Assembly (NCBI GenBank): GCA_964304625.1 | Contig: OZ199839.1 | Span: forward strand, 6,443,741 to 6,507,740 | Length of the DNA stretch: 64,000 nt | Source of the DNA: Kudoa neothunni | Taxonomy: Eukaryota > Animalia > Cnidaria | Direction of reading: 5' to 3' | Translations under genes and position numbers: made by a program | Part shown: positions 13,247-25,844 of the stretch, piece by piece | How the letters are laid out: each line of letters begins with the position of its first letter | Position numbering within the stretch: position 1 is the first letter of the stretch | The notes under the pieces: model-generated | The model's input: only the letters and a program-made list of their open reading frames with translations | Told to the model about the DNA's origin: nothing | Databases searched by the model: none

Positions 13247-13860
13247 ATGACACTCATGATTTCAATCCCATTAAGGCTATCCATTATGATAGGTAAGTTT
13301 CAATTTTATATAAATACTATCATAAATAACTATTGATTTGTAGTGATTCTGCTAGTTCAATTTAATGCATTGAATCCCCTTCCAATTGCTAACCAACAAT
13401 TAATCGAATCAAACACTAACTCAAACAACCAAAATATTAACACCATGATTCATAAAAGATTAGATTCAGCCACACTGAACGATTATTTCGATGATTTTGA
13501 TCGGATACTTGTCGATGGTGTAAATTTATGCACAGTTTGTAATGTAATTATGGATTGAGGGTTGAATCTGTAAGGTGATTGACATTTCGTTTCTCTCTAG
13601 GTATACACACACGCGTTGGCGGATAACGACCCCGACTACGCTGCCAGAATAGCAGCGCAAATGTGTAAAACTATGCACCCTGAAGGTAGTAACTACTTTC
13701 AGGTATGTTGAACTATTATAACCCATTTTAAAACCTTATTCAATAATTTTAGTGTCTTAAATTATTCAACAGTAGCAATAAACTACTTACACAATATTCC
13801 AAGCAATATAACATCAAGGAAGCTTGCTATCGAACAAATTTTTGTAAACATAAACCTTAG
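13247..13860 (+). CDS. Secreted saposin-like protein (signal peptide, pro-region, one SapB domain), ~151 aa; exons 13247-13292, 13344-13543, 13601-13702, 13753-13860
   Basis: The spliced product is MTLMISIPLRLSIMIVILLVQFNALNP...HKRLDSATLNDYFDDFDRILVDGVNLCTVCNVYTHALADNDPDYAARIAAQMCKTMHPEGSNYFQCLKLFNSSNKLLTQYSKQYNIKEACYRTNFCKHKP*. It has six Cys in saposin-B spacing (CxxC...C...C...CxxxxxC). All three introns are GT-AG, 50-57 nt, and frame-consistent. Confidence 0.8.
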
Positions 13861-14875
13861 CTATAGGCTTTCTTATATAATTTGTGTACAGAATCACATT
13901 AAAAATATGTTTATGAGTAAAAATTTTTTCATTTCTCTGCAAACAATTACCAATTTCTACTCTTTTTTAAATATATCAGTAATCAACAGGGGGATTCAAT
14001 CTTAGATTGGCGAAATTATAACTTATCAATTTTATTCATCAATTATCGGGGAATTTTTATTTATATGATGTAAATCTGATTATAATGCGGAGTAATCGAA
14101 TTAATCTAGGACCTTTCCACAATAAGGTATCTATAAATGTATCTTAACGTTGAAGTTTCAGTCAATAATTTTATATTCAATGGTTTTGAAGCCTGTAATG
14201 ATGTTTTCAGTAGAATGGACTGGAATCAAACTGCGCACAAATCTAAACTCTATAACCTCTGTTTTTACATTTAACTCGAATCGCTCACACGAATTTTTGA
14301 TTTTAAAATCAAGAATTTTTCGAATAATGTTTACAAAATAAATTATAACCCTTTTCTCAAGCTTATCCTTTCCAACGCGTATAATTTTCAGCTTATATCA
14401 TTTATGATATATATTATCGATCTTAATATTAGAGAATTTATATTTTATGCAATTACGTTGGAGAATATTGCCAAAAATTAATAGATATTTTCACATCATT
14501 TATGTTATTAGCATTTTATAGTATAGAAGCATTATTGTGATTGGTTTAAGGTGATTCTTCGATTTCATCCAATTAAAATAATTTTAGTTTACATTAAAAT
14601 TGTATAAACTGAAAGAAATCGTCTCATTTATATATTTGTATAAATGATTATTTGTCTGAAAGTTTGTTTGTAAGACACTTAAGTATGCATGTGCGACATA
14701 ATTTAATCTCGATAGAAACGCTTGTATGAAACATATAATGTTTCAAGATATTAAAAATTTTTTTATGTTTATTATACTAACTTTAAAATTTGTCAAATCA
14801 TATAAAATAGAGATTTTATAAATTTTAAGCGGATTACACAACTACAATAATAGGATTGACATCTATATTTATATA

Positions 14876-15720
14876 TAGGGTTGGAAATTTTCGATCGAAA
14901 AACGTCGATTTTCGCTGGTTATTGCCCCATTAAACACGTTCGAAAATAAGAAGGAAGCGACATGAAATAACCAATATTTAATGGGATGGAATGGAATGGT
15001 CTAGAAGCCGCTGGTGATGTACTAATATGTAGATATTGCAAAGTGATTATACCTACGAAACAAAATAAAATACAGGAGCACATTAATTCTCAAAAATATT
15101 GTTCCATCAAGTCGAAATTGTTGAAAATAAACTCTCTAACTAATATATTTTATCGAGACGCGACGAATTCAGATAAAATAGAAATAGATATGGTTAAAAT
15201 AGTTTCTTTTGATAGCCTTCCATTTTCTTCGATTAATAAAGAAAGAAATCTAATGGAAATTTATTTCTACGTGTTGTCCTGCGTCACGGTCGCTACCTGA
15301 AAAGAAATATTTAGTTGAAAAGCATCTTCCCACGATATATAAGGAAGCCGTGGCCATTATTAAACAAATGTTGTCTGATTTACGTTTTATTTTAATAATT
15401 GACGAGTCCCCAAGTTCTAAAAACCGACCAACTTTTAACACTTTTGCCTGCTTCCGTGACAGTTCCTCAGATAGATGCAAAACTATTATGTTAGATTCTT
15501 CGAGACTTATGCCATGTAATTCTGTTATTGGTGCGGTGCTAGCTATTTGTCTGAATTCTAAAACGATATGATTTGGATTGGAAAAATTGTATCTCTATTA
15601 TTTCTGACTCGGCATCTTACATGAAAAAATATTATATCGAGTTGAAAGTTATGCATCCTTATATCGCCAGAATCTTTCTTTTTTCATTAATTCTCATCCC
15701 TACTGTCAAAAAATAGGAAA
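14876..15720 (+). mobile_element. hAT transposase remnant (CGGBP1/DUF659-like)
   Basis: Starts with TAGGGTTGGAAATTTTC. Encodes zinc-finger-like LICRYCKV...IQEHINS, a first catalytic motif LIIDESPS and a second motif ISDSASYMKK. Frameshifted. Confidence 0.75.
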
Positions 15721-15949
15721 GCGAAACAGTCTTTTTTGATTCACCTTAAAAATAATAATTTTGATAGTTTTAAAGAAATTCCGAGAGTATTAGATATGAT
15801 ATACGGTGGTATAGTTTCTTTAATTGTATAAGGCGAATAAAGGAGATTATATGCAGGTCTGCGCAAACAGCTCATTCTCGCAAAAAATACGACAACATTA
15901 CACTATATATAATAAATTTATATTTTAGTTTCACCATTTTAATATAATT

Positions 15950-16584
15950 ATAATAGCCTAGAGATTTTCTTCTCGAAAGAGATATTCTCTCCCGTGAAAG
16001 AACATGCCTAATCTTAGCAAAAAGTTTTACTGCGATTAAAGACAACAGTAATTTTAAGAATCCATAAAAATTGTCGGCAAGTTTGTCTTGCTGAAATATT
16101 TTTTAAACAATGCGAGTAAATGCTTTTCAACAAAAGTTTCAGCATTAATTAGAATGTAAGTGTGCTGTAGGACAATATTTTTAGAAAAAACTTCTAGGCC
16201 CTGCGTAACTGTATATTATTTTAAATGTTAATCCACCATATACCACGGCTGAAACCAGATAAATCATTATTTTTTGATTTTTTATGATCTTTAAATAACA
16301 AAACGGGCCAGGGGAGACAAGCTTTAACGATTCTAGCATTGAACGATGCTTCGATAATGCAATATGTTTCTGCACATGGTTTTGTACGTAACATTAACTT
16401 ACCGTATTTGTAAACTAATTCATTTAATTAATCTCTATATTAGCGCGATACTTAATATAATTATCAAAATCACATCTTATTCTGTCCATTCTTATTAAGG
16501 TGCGCTTTCCGAAACACTCCAAATAAATAAACGTCGAACCAACCTAATAAAATCGGCGATTTAAATTGAAAATTGCATGCTCTA
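15950..16584 (-). mobile_element. Second hAT remnant in the opposite orientation
   Basis: The terminus reads TAGAGCATGCAATTTTC on the minus strand, similar to the end at 14876. Fragments include QKHIALSKH and a dimerisation-like KTFAKIRHVLSRERISL. Confidence 0.5.
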
Positions 16585-18249
16585 TGTATAAATGATGTTC
16601 AAATGTTGTGTTGATTTTTATTGCGGACATTATCGATAAAGAGCACCATTTATACTTTTAGCATTAATGTCAATCATGTGAAACATTATTATTTAATTTA
16701 GTTTGATAACGATACTTCATTATTAAAGTGAATATATACGGGATAGTTTTTTATCTAATCATAATGCACAAGTATAAGAAACCCAAAAGAAAAATTAAAA
16801 CCTTATTCAAGGTGCTTATAAAATGCATAAACGTATACAAACCAACATATGTCAACGTCTGCAGAATATTGAAATGAATTTATCTTTAGTTCAATAATTG
16901 CCATCAAGATAATTTAAGCTACATACGACTTAATAATGTTTAGGACAAGAAAAAATATTAGGCATTATTATAAAATACTCATTTAAAATGATATAACTAA
17001 CTTTAAGTAAAAAGTGATACCAGAGAGAATAATTCGAGATTCGATAATCAGGTGTAAAATAACCAGCCGAATGAAAGAAGAAATAGTATTAATATAAGTA
17101 TAATTCGCTCAAATACATATTAGATATCAAGCGTTAAGCAAATCAAGACAAATGAATGAAACATCCTCAACCAAGTTACTTAATAAAGACTTGCCTGAAC
17201 ACTTGTATAATACAAAATGTCATCAGCAGATAGATAGGCGCGAAATAGACGATAATTTAAATAGTCAAATAAGCATACAGAATTTTTTTATTAATTTTAT
17301 ATTGATTTAAAATTTTCCTCGAGAACATGGACAGTAGGACGACCTAATGGTTCTGATCTAACAGTCATTGGATTAACTAAAAAGTAAAGATGAGCAGTTT
17401 AAACTTATATAAAATATACAAACAATACAATACTCTGTGAAATATATATCCATTATATAATAATTTCCTTTTCATTTTTATAGAACAAGAAAACAAGTTA
17501 AAAATCACAATTATTTTATCTTAAAACAGATATATCCATTTATATAATAAAGTAAATTAAGAAAGATATTATTTCTTGTTTTTTGTCCATCTTTATGAAA
17601 GAAAAGAACATAGAATTGACAGAAACAAAATGGAACGCGTTCGAGTATTTTTAGCATGCGTGCTAACTCATTAGTAATTCCAACGTCCTTCGTATTTTCT
17701 TATAAAAATTACATTACTTATAATCAGTGTTAATAAAAAAAAATACAGAGATAAATTCTTTAAGAAAATTACAACTTATTGCCTGCATATTTGGCAAATT
17801 TCGAGGTAAAATGTCAATTAATGTATTTATAGAATTAAAATTTTGACCAAAGCGTTATTCTAGGAGATATTCCCATCCGTTGCAATAGCCACTGCCTTTT
17901 TTATACTTTTGAGGATGCAAGAAATTAGGTGATATTATTTAGTTGATCTTAATGTAATAATTTAACAAAAAGAACATAAATCAGATTATTCAAATAGATG
18001 GGGAACTTTTAATAGATAACCAAAAATAATATTTTTTCATAAAAACTTCAAACATAATAATTTTTAACTATAAGAATAATAATTTCTCTAATTCAAAAGT
18101 TTTCATTTCTGAACCCACTACATTTGATCGCATCCGGGGATTTTTCTAAATGAAATAGTGCTTCTTTTATAGAAATAATATTATCTTTGATATTGTTCTG
18201 CTGCTTTTTATTTAGGATAGACGATGGGACAGAAATAACAATTTCATCA

Positions 18250-18860
18250 TCTTCCTACTTATGAGATACATATACCATTCGAATCGATTTCTTGAAGAAC
18301 ATTATCTTCGTGAGTCTCACTTTCAAAACGTGCTCTTCTAAAATAATTTTGGACGGTGTCTTGGGTGACTTATTCTCATGATTGTTTTAAAATTATCATC
18401 GCGTCTATAATATCAGGTAGTTTAACCTTGTCACATTTGGATTAGATTTATGCTATGATAAAATTCATGAGTTAATTTTGGTTCTACGATTTAAAACTAT
18501 GAATAATGCAAGAATCTAGAAGCTGCTGGGTGCTAATGGTATTTTAAAGGAAGAGTCACAAGATATATTTGAAAGCAATACATTAGGGCAGTGTTCCCCC
18601 ACGTTTTCCAGAAAAATGTTTCGTGCCCCATCTTTCTCAAAACTTTTCGTGATGTTAATCATCACTTAAAAATTTCCATGCCCCAAAAAATTTTGTTCAC
18701 ATCCCACCGATGGGACGAGGGCCTGCGTTGGGAAACACCGGATTACGATGCGGAGAGCTATTGTCCAAAAAGAGAATAACTTTATTATTTAAATGTATTA
18801 ATTTTTTATTCCGCCTAATCAGGAATTCACTAAAACATTCCTTAAGAAACATCGTCAGAT
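18250..18860 (-). mobile_element. pogo/Tigger DDE transposase remnant
   Basis: Fragments EFLIRRNKKLIHLNNKVILFLDNSSPH, NTISTQQLLDSCIIHSFK and VTQDTVQNYFRRARF match the pogo motifs LLLDN..H, NTT..QP.D.GII..FK and TI.NCF..AGF. Confidence 0.75.
18589..18740. mobile_element. hAT-type MITE nested in the pogo remnant
   Basis: TIRs CAGTGTTCCCC...GGGAAACACCG. It interrupts the transposase just after LDNSSPH. Confidence 0.65.
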
Positions 18861-19567
18861 CGAAATTCAAATTTTTTATATATTCACTAAAAATTTAAAA
18901 ATATTAGACTGCTAAAGGTTTAGTAATGTCTAAAATAACATTGATTCTATAAGTAAAATTTCAAAATTATTGTTTTATTCAATAGCCATTGGTATGCTAA
19001 ACTTTTATTTCACCAGAATAAATGTATACATATAGTATTATGAGACTCAATTTAGACCGATTTTACTGTGAATCATTTTCTTTACGATGAAACAAATTTT
19101 TTTTAGAACCGTTCACAAAAATTATTTGTATAATTATTAAATATTCCTATTTTTAAACAAATATTGAATTTTTTCAAATAAAAAAATTAATTCGAAGTCT
19201 GATTTTTTGATGTTTCGAGAAAATGAGATAATTTGTTCTTAGCATTGAATACTTCAATTCCATTTGCTATCGATAATATTATTACGCTCACTAAGTAGAT
19301 TATTTGAATAGATTTTACTTAAGGTCATAATTTTTTAATTCACATCAATTAAGTATGCCATAGGTTATTTTGGAACTCTTAATGAGCCCAACAAACTTCG
19401 GAGGAAACGAAGTAGGATTTTTAACAATAATTACACACTTTCAAATAGTATGAAAATCTTTATCATACTAAATTCGTAGAGTCGTAAAGTACTATTATAT
19501 TTTCCTATGAATAGCAACCATGTGATCTAAATAAACGATATAATCCTATTTACAATATTTTTCTAGC

Positions 19568-22474
19568 ATGGAAAATGCTTTTTTTAAACTAAGCATTCTA
19601 ATTGGATTATTGCGTAATATATTTTAATCTGTTGTTATATACCATTTTTGTAGCTTTTAGTGAACTTTCTGTTAAAGATATAAGAGCTACAACTTCAACT
19701 CCTACAAAAATACTTTCATACAGCATTACAAATGGAAAAGTTAAATTGACATTGACTGGGTCAGAATATGAAGGGTCTACGAAATATTGTCTCATAAGAA
19801 AGGAAAGCGATGACAAAACCGGATATTCTCAGATAACACCTTGTACTGGAAGCCATTCAGAACATGGAACTGACAGATGCCTAAGACTTTGCTCTGGAGA
19901 TAACAACGAATTGGAGTTTAATAAGTTGTCACCAAGAGTCAATTTTATCTATGTATATTCTGGAAATGTTTCTGCGAATATGAAAGAAAAAAATTCTGGT
20001 GGAGATGTTTTTGGACTTTCTATCCGTAAATTAAAAATAATTGATTACTTGTTAAATTAAAATTAGCACTCTTGGTGAATCCAATAATCACAATAACGAC
20101 AGATACTGAAACAGGAAAATTAAAGCTTGAAACTAAAACATGTATAAATGTTGACTGCCCCATTTTTTATAAAGGTATTAAATATCAGGCGGGTACAAAA
20201 GGGAACGACTGTGTATCTAATAATAGCGCCAATACAGTGGATTTTGACTTAATGATTCCTCACTATGAGATGATGTGTACGAATTACCCTAGTTTCTTTT
20301 ATGAAATGCCAAATTCCTACATGAAACAAAATATTGACATTTACAAACCACAGTACTACGTCACTTACAAGGATGGTAGTGAGAAGAAAAAATATGTTCT
20401 AAAATTTACCAACGCCTTTCCTTCCGAAATATGCTTGTTCAGTATCAAGGACGCAGCCAGCGGAGCAGCTGCATCTACGAACACTTACGCTTCAATTTGT
20501 GGGGGTGGAGAAGGTAAGAAATGCTACGCACCCTGTAATGACGTTGAATTAACACTCGCTGTATCTAAGTCAATCGTCCAAATATTAATTCAAACTAGAA
20601 ACTATAATGTCGAATTGCCCCAAGGTAGTTTTAGGGGTTATGAAGAGAAAAAATATGGTATGTGTTTAGTCAATACAATATAATTATTTGTTAATTATAG
20701 CTATCATCGAGGCTACTGGAGCGAATAATGCACTTTTGACTTCAGAAACAACTGTTGGAATAACGCTTAATCTTTCTCTCTTCAATCCAAATACTCAGAA
20801 CGTAAAATTTAATACGTGTACTTTGAAATATTATCCTTCTGGAAACCCCAGAATTATTCCAGTAACTGTTGCCCAACGTTCCGTGAGTGGTTCTGGTCAA
20901 AATACTTGTGAAACAGCTGTTATAAATGGCCTAGATGCAGGAAAAGCGTACATCATTGAAATCGCACCACAAGCAATAGATAATCACAATGAATTTAAGG
21001 AATATTTATTTTTCAGAACTAGTAATAAATTAGTTAATTTTGTAATTTAATTAATCGTAGAAAAATCTGCGACTTTAAGCTTCGACGCTGCAGCACCCGC
21101 CGCAACCGACGTGACAGCTACAGTAAAAGCGGTTGGCGGTAATGTCGAAGCAGCAGCAACTGAACCAACTTGCTCATATTATATCAGTTTAGCAGAGAAA
21201 AACGCATTCGTCGAAGCAGAATGTGAAGACAGCAATCCATGCAGAGGGTTTTGTAAAGACACCAAGAAGTTAATACATTTAGACCCTAAAACAAATTATG
21301 ACATTAAAGTTGTTTCACACAAGGATTATGGAATTACGATATATAAAAATATTCCGACTAGTAAAACGATTTGAACTTAATCTAATTTATTATGATTTTC
21401 TTAGCTTGGTCAACTCTTGTTATTTCCAAAAATTTCCTAGATAAAGGATTTCAAGTGGTTGGAACTTTGACATCTGCCTATCCACAAGCGCTATGTCAAT
21501 ATAAAATCAAAATAAAAAATGGAACGACTCTACAAGATGTTTATTCCTGTCCCTCCGTTAATAATATTTCTAGACCTTCTGTATCTCCTCAGCCCCAAAC
21601 ACCGCAAGGATCTAGGCCGGTTAGCAGTTCAAATTTGTCTAAAATAAGAATAGCGAGATCAAATAATGCTGAATCCAATAATACCCCGACAAACCAACCA
21701 ACTACTAATCAATCCAACTTTCCACCATGCAGAAAACCACCACTGTGCAGCAACATAGTAATCAGTGAGGGTTATGAGGCTGATAAGGTCTATCAAGTTT
21801 TGGTAACAGCTATAGGTCGTTCTGAAGAAGTCACCATAGACATTCCTAAAAGTAACATATTAATAGATTAATCTAGCGATGCTTGAAATATCATAAATAT
21901 AGATTCAGTTCCAGAATCACCTCAAGATGAAAACAAAAAAATAACTGTCATTATTGAAAGAATTGGCGAAACATTAAAAATCACCTCGTTACTTCCCCCA
22001 GAAAAGAATGAGAAATCTGTTTGTCGGTGGATATTAAGAGACATTACGCATGTTTCACAACCAATAACGAAAAAGTGTGATTCGATTGGCCCTAAAAGAT
22101 GTACTTTGCCTACTTGCAAATCGTTCACAATTGAGAACGTAAACGATACCAATGATTATCATTTAACAGTTATTCACTCCGAAGATTCCACTGTGATTGG
22201 CGTTGGAATAATTAACAAAGGTAGCCAACAATAAATAAATAATTATTTTTTTAAGCATTAATTTAGGTGAGACATCAAACCAATCGAAGTAAATTTTATT
22301 TATTTCTAATATAAAATATAATTATTCTTAGGGCCAGTACCACAATGTATTAGTTATTTTAATTGATTGCGGTAGAATAAGTGCCAATTTAGGATTGTTG
22401 GAATAGTTGTTCCAATCGCTATAGTGGTTTTGGGAGTTGGATTTTACTTCGGATATTGGAAAAACAGAGGATAA
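19568..22474 (+). CDS. Orphan type I membrane protein (~830 aa, 10 exons) with ~7 divergent Cys-containing FN3-like modules
   Basis: Signal peptide MENAFFKLSILIGLLP. Large exons are joined in frame by phase-1 introns. FN3-like strand signatures include INGLDAGKAYIIEI, LIHLDPKTNYDIKV and EGYEADKVYQVLV. Microexons lie at 22267-22288 and 22332-22346. The TM segment IVGIVVPIAIVVLGVGFYFGYW is followed by KNRG*. Confidence 0.8.
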
Positions 22475-23313
22475 AATCATATCATTTTATCTAAAATATA
22501 TTTATATTAAAATAAATAAATAATTATTTTATTTATATACCTTATTGTTTAATTATATTTATTTGACGAAAATATTTTATCTTTGGATGAAAGGGAATAC
22601 TTTATTCATCCGAAACAATAATTTAATGATTTATCTGATTGCGTTAACCTAAATACACGAAAATCCTACAATCAAACTGTGAATTGGGTTATGGAAAAAT
22701 TTTTCAGATTTAAATATGATATTTACTTACAATAACGTTTATTATTGAAAAAATAAATAATAAAATACTTATTACTTGGCTTACATATAAATATGGATCA
22801 TGAGATTCGTTAAACACCACTGAACCAACAATTCCCTGTAATTCTTATTGGACTGGAAATTGGAATCCTGGGTAGATTTATTTCCGATAAATTGGTCAAA
22901 ATATACCTAAATAAAAATGAAATCTTTAAATTTTATGTAATAATTAGCGTATTATTATTTTTTCCAATACGTATATAATAATTAAAATTTGTTCTTATTC
23001 TCCAGTAAAGAAAAAACGTTAATTATTAATTTCATGATATTTATAAACAAAAATGAAGCTATATCATATAGAATCAAAATAGATAGGAAAAATAGAAGAA
23101 AGCGGATATTTACTCATCTGTGAGAAAAATTATTCTATACTGTCAAAGATTTGTAACAAATGTACGTATCTTATAAAATGTTATCAGAAGAGTATTTTAA
23201 ATATTACATAAGAGTATAGATTTAAAAAATTGAATATTAAACGAGTTTTAGTTTTTTGATAAATTTCTGGTCGTATTGAGAAAGGCGAAGGTGATTTGTA
23301 AGATAAATTTTAA

Positions 23314-25844
23314 GGCAGTGGCTATTGCTACGGATCCGTATAATCCGCATGTGGGGGTTATCTGTTGCTGCTGAAGGGAGTAACTCCAAATCTACAAACT
23401 CACATAAAATTTGAAATTTATATTTGTAATCAATGATTTTTGGCCTAACATAATTAACTGTTTTAGAGAAAATTTGAGCTATTGAAAAATACAACATTAT
23501 TATAAGGACTTTTGGATTAAAAATAGCTTTAGCTCACCTTATTAACGTTTAATAAAATTAATATGCAAAATTTTGCACGTAAAATTAGTTAATAAGGAGA
23601 ATACATGAATGGAATAAATAATTTTAGTTTCTTTTAATATGAGCGTGTGCCAAGAAACGTTTTTAATTTTGTGGCGACTGCTCACTTATTTTAGATGGGC
23701 GGCATATTTATATAATTTGAAAATTTAAAACAGTGAGGTAGTAAATTATTAGTTTACGAAAAGTATTAAGCGCAAGAGTTGGAAATATTGTATTAGACTG
23801 ATTATGATACAATTTTTGTGCTCAAATAAAACTTTTTTTAAATAAACAGTTAGTATATTATTTGTTTATGTTTTATTCTCGAAAAAGAAATGACTGTTGG
23901 CCTACGTTCTTTAGGTCATCCGATTGCTTTCACTCTCAGTGGGAATGATAACCCTAACTAATATTCGGTAACATTTTAATGATTTTATTTCAAGAATCAG
24001 TTTTTATGTCGTATTATTTTGGACTAACTTCCTTTGAAATATTTGTATTACACAAAGTTTACAGGTAAAAAATGGGTATTTGAAGAGACGATTCTCAAAA
24101 ATTCCCTTATTTTATGTTCTCAACCGTAACAACGATACATAAGTTTACATTCAAAATAGGGAAGGATTATAAAATTTGTTCCAAGAAGCCATAAATGCCT
24201 GCATGAATTTTTTCGTACAAAATGCACGCATAAGTTATGCGAAATTCTCAAATAGGATCGTTAACAACAGTTAAATACAAGGGTGCACTAATAAGAATAC
24301 CAGTTGTGGAATTTATCTAAAATATCTGATTTTACAATCACTGCGAGTTCGAAAGTTTATGTATTGCTTTCGTTAGCACAAATTTTCAACGAAATTGAAG
24401 AGTTAATCGCATTAGGTGATCAACCAAAAATGTTGGAGTACCAAAATTATTGTCTTCTTTTTAGTTTTAACATCAATTAATATTATGAGTTGACATACTG
24501 ATAGTCTTAAATACATCCATGTTGGTTATTACTACTGTTTTCACGATGTGTAGAGATTTCGCTGTGATATTTTTACTCGTTTCATGGCATAACATTCTTT
24601 GTATATGATTTTTATTAGATCCAAGTGATACTAATTAAAAAAGATGATTATCCGAGAAATCGACTTTTTGTTGCTGAGGTAGATATTTGTATATCGAAGC
24701 ATTACAAAGATGATTATGTATCATATTTAAGAATATGATTATGAAAAATATTCCATATCGTTACTAATTAAAAAAATAATACTAGAGAGGCAGTTACCTC
24801 TATATGTTGAGATTTCTGTTACTTTAAGCTTTCTTTTTTATAGAGAGTCGAATAGAATACAAACTTTATTTTGTAGTAAATTAAAGCTTCATTAAAATAT
24901 TTTAGAATTTTATACTGGAAATTTTGTATTTTTCGCTATTCCCTCATTTTTATTTTGTAGGGAAAAAGATGTTCATAACGATTAATATGACTTTTTAATG
25001 AGTTATACGAGTCAGCTTTCAATCCAGGAGAGGATTCCATCGTACAAATGACGCTACAATGAATAGTTTGATTCCCACACAGGTTACTGTAATCAAGAAT
25101 ACAAAAAGTGTTTCCTTCTATTTTGGACATTAATTTTAGATAACGCATTAGAGTAAAATTTATGTTTGTTTTAATTATTATGTTATAAAACTAATAATTT
25201 ATCTATATTTGTAGTAAAACATTTAAGAAGATAGAATTATGCTCATCGCTATTTAAATGAAATGCACACTGTAAGCTTTTATATTCATTTTAACTATAAA
25301 ATTAAACATTACTTTAAATATATTTACTGAATTCACTACATAGAATGCTCTAATCGTTTTCTACGAATAGCGGTAATACTTAATATACTTTGTAGATATG
25401 TAATGATACATATAAATATAATCTATAAACCAAATATATATATATATATATATAACAAATACAATTATTTAATTTTATAACAGCATAATTAAGCATATTT
25501 TAACAGATTACATTAGCTGAGCTAGATTGAACATATTCGGTACAAACAGAGGTAATAGGGTGGACGTTTTTATACATAAACCACAATGTCTGGTATTTGT
25601 TTTTTAGATAAAGAAACCTTTATTAGTTCGAAATTAAAATATTTATTTAGCATTACTCATAACAAAACGTAAAACACGAAATTTATAGTCACAATAATAG
25701 AAATTTCAATAGCTCAAATTTTCCCCCAAACAGTCAATTATGTAATTATGTTAGGCCAAAAATCATTGATTAAAATATAAATTTCAAATTTTATGTCAGT
25801 TTGTAGATTTGGAGTTATTTCGTCCCGTAGCAACAGCCAGTGCC
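23314..25844. mobile_element. Non-autonomous TIR element with long subterminal inverted repeats
   Basis: GGCAGTGGCTATTGCTACGG at 23314 pairs with CCGTAGCAACAGCCAGTGCC ending at 25844. Segment ~23380-23495 is an inverted copy of ~25700-25817. A third copy of the terminus ends at 17896. Confidence 0.6.

Noticed and set aside
13247-13626. Neuropeptide precursor reading (signal-KR-LDSATLNDY...GIHTRVGG*)
   Set aside because: It needs a weak GTGTAA donor and leaves two clean downstream exons unexplained. The alternative splice gives a complete 6-Cys saposin.
22780-22910. Isolated minus-strand exon-like segment (AG...GTAAG)
   Set aside because: There are no partner exons and no recognisable homology.
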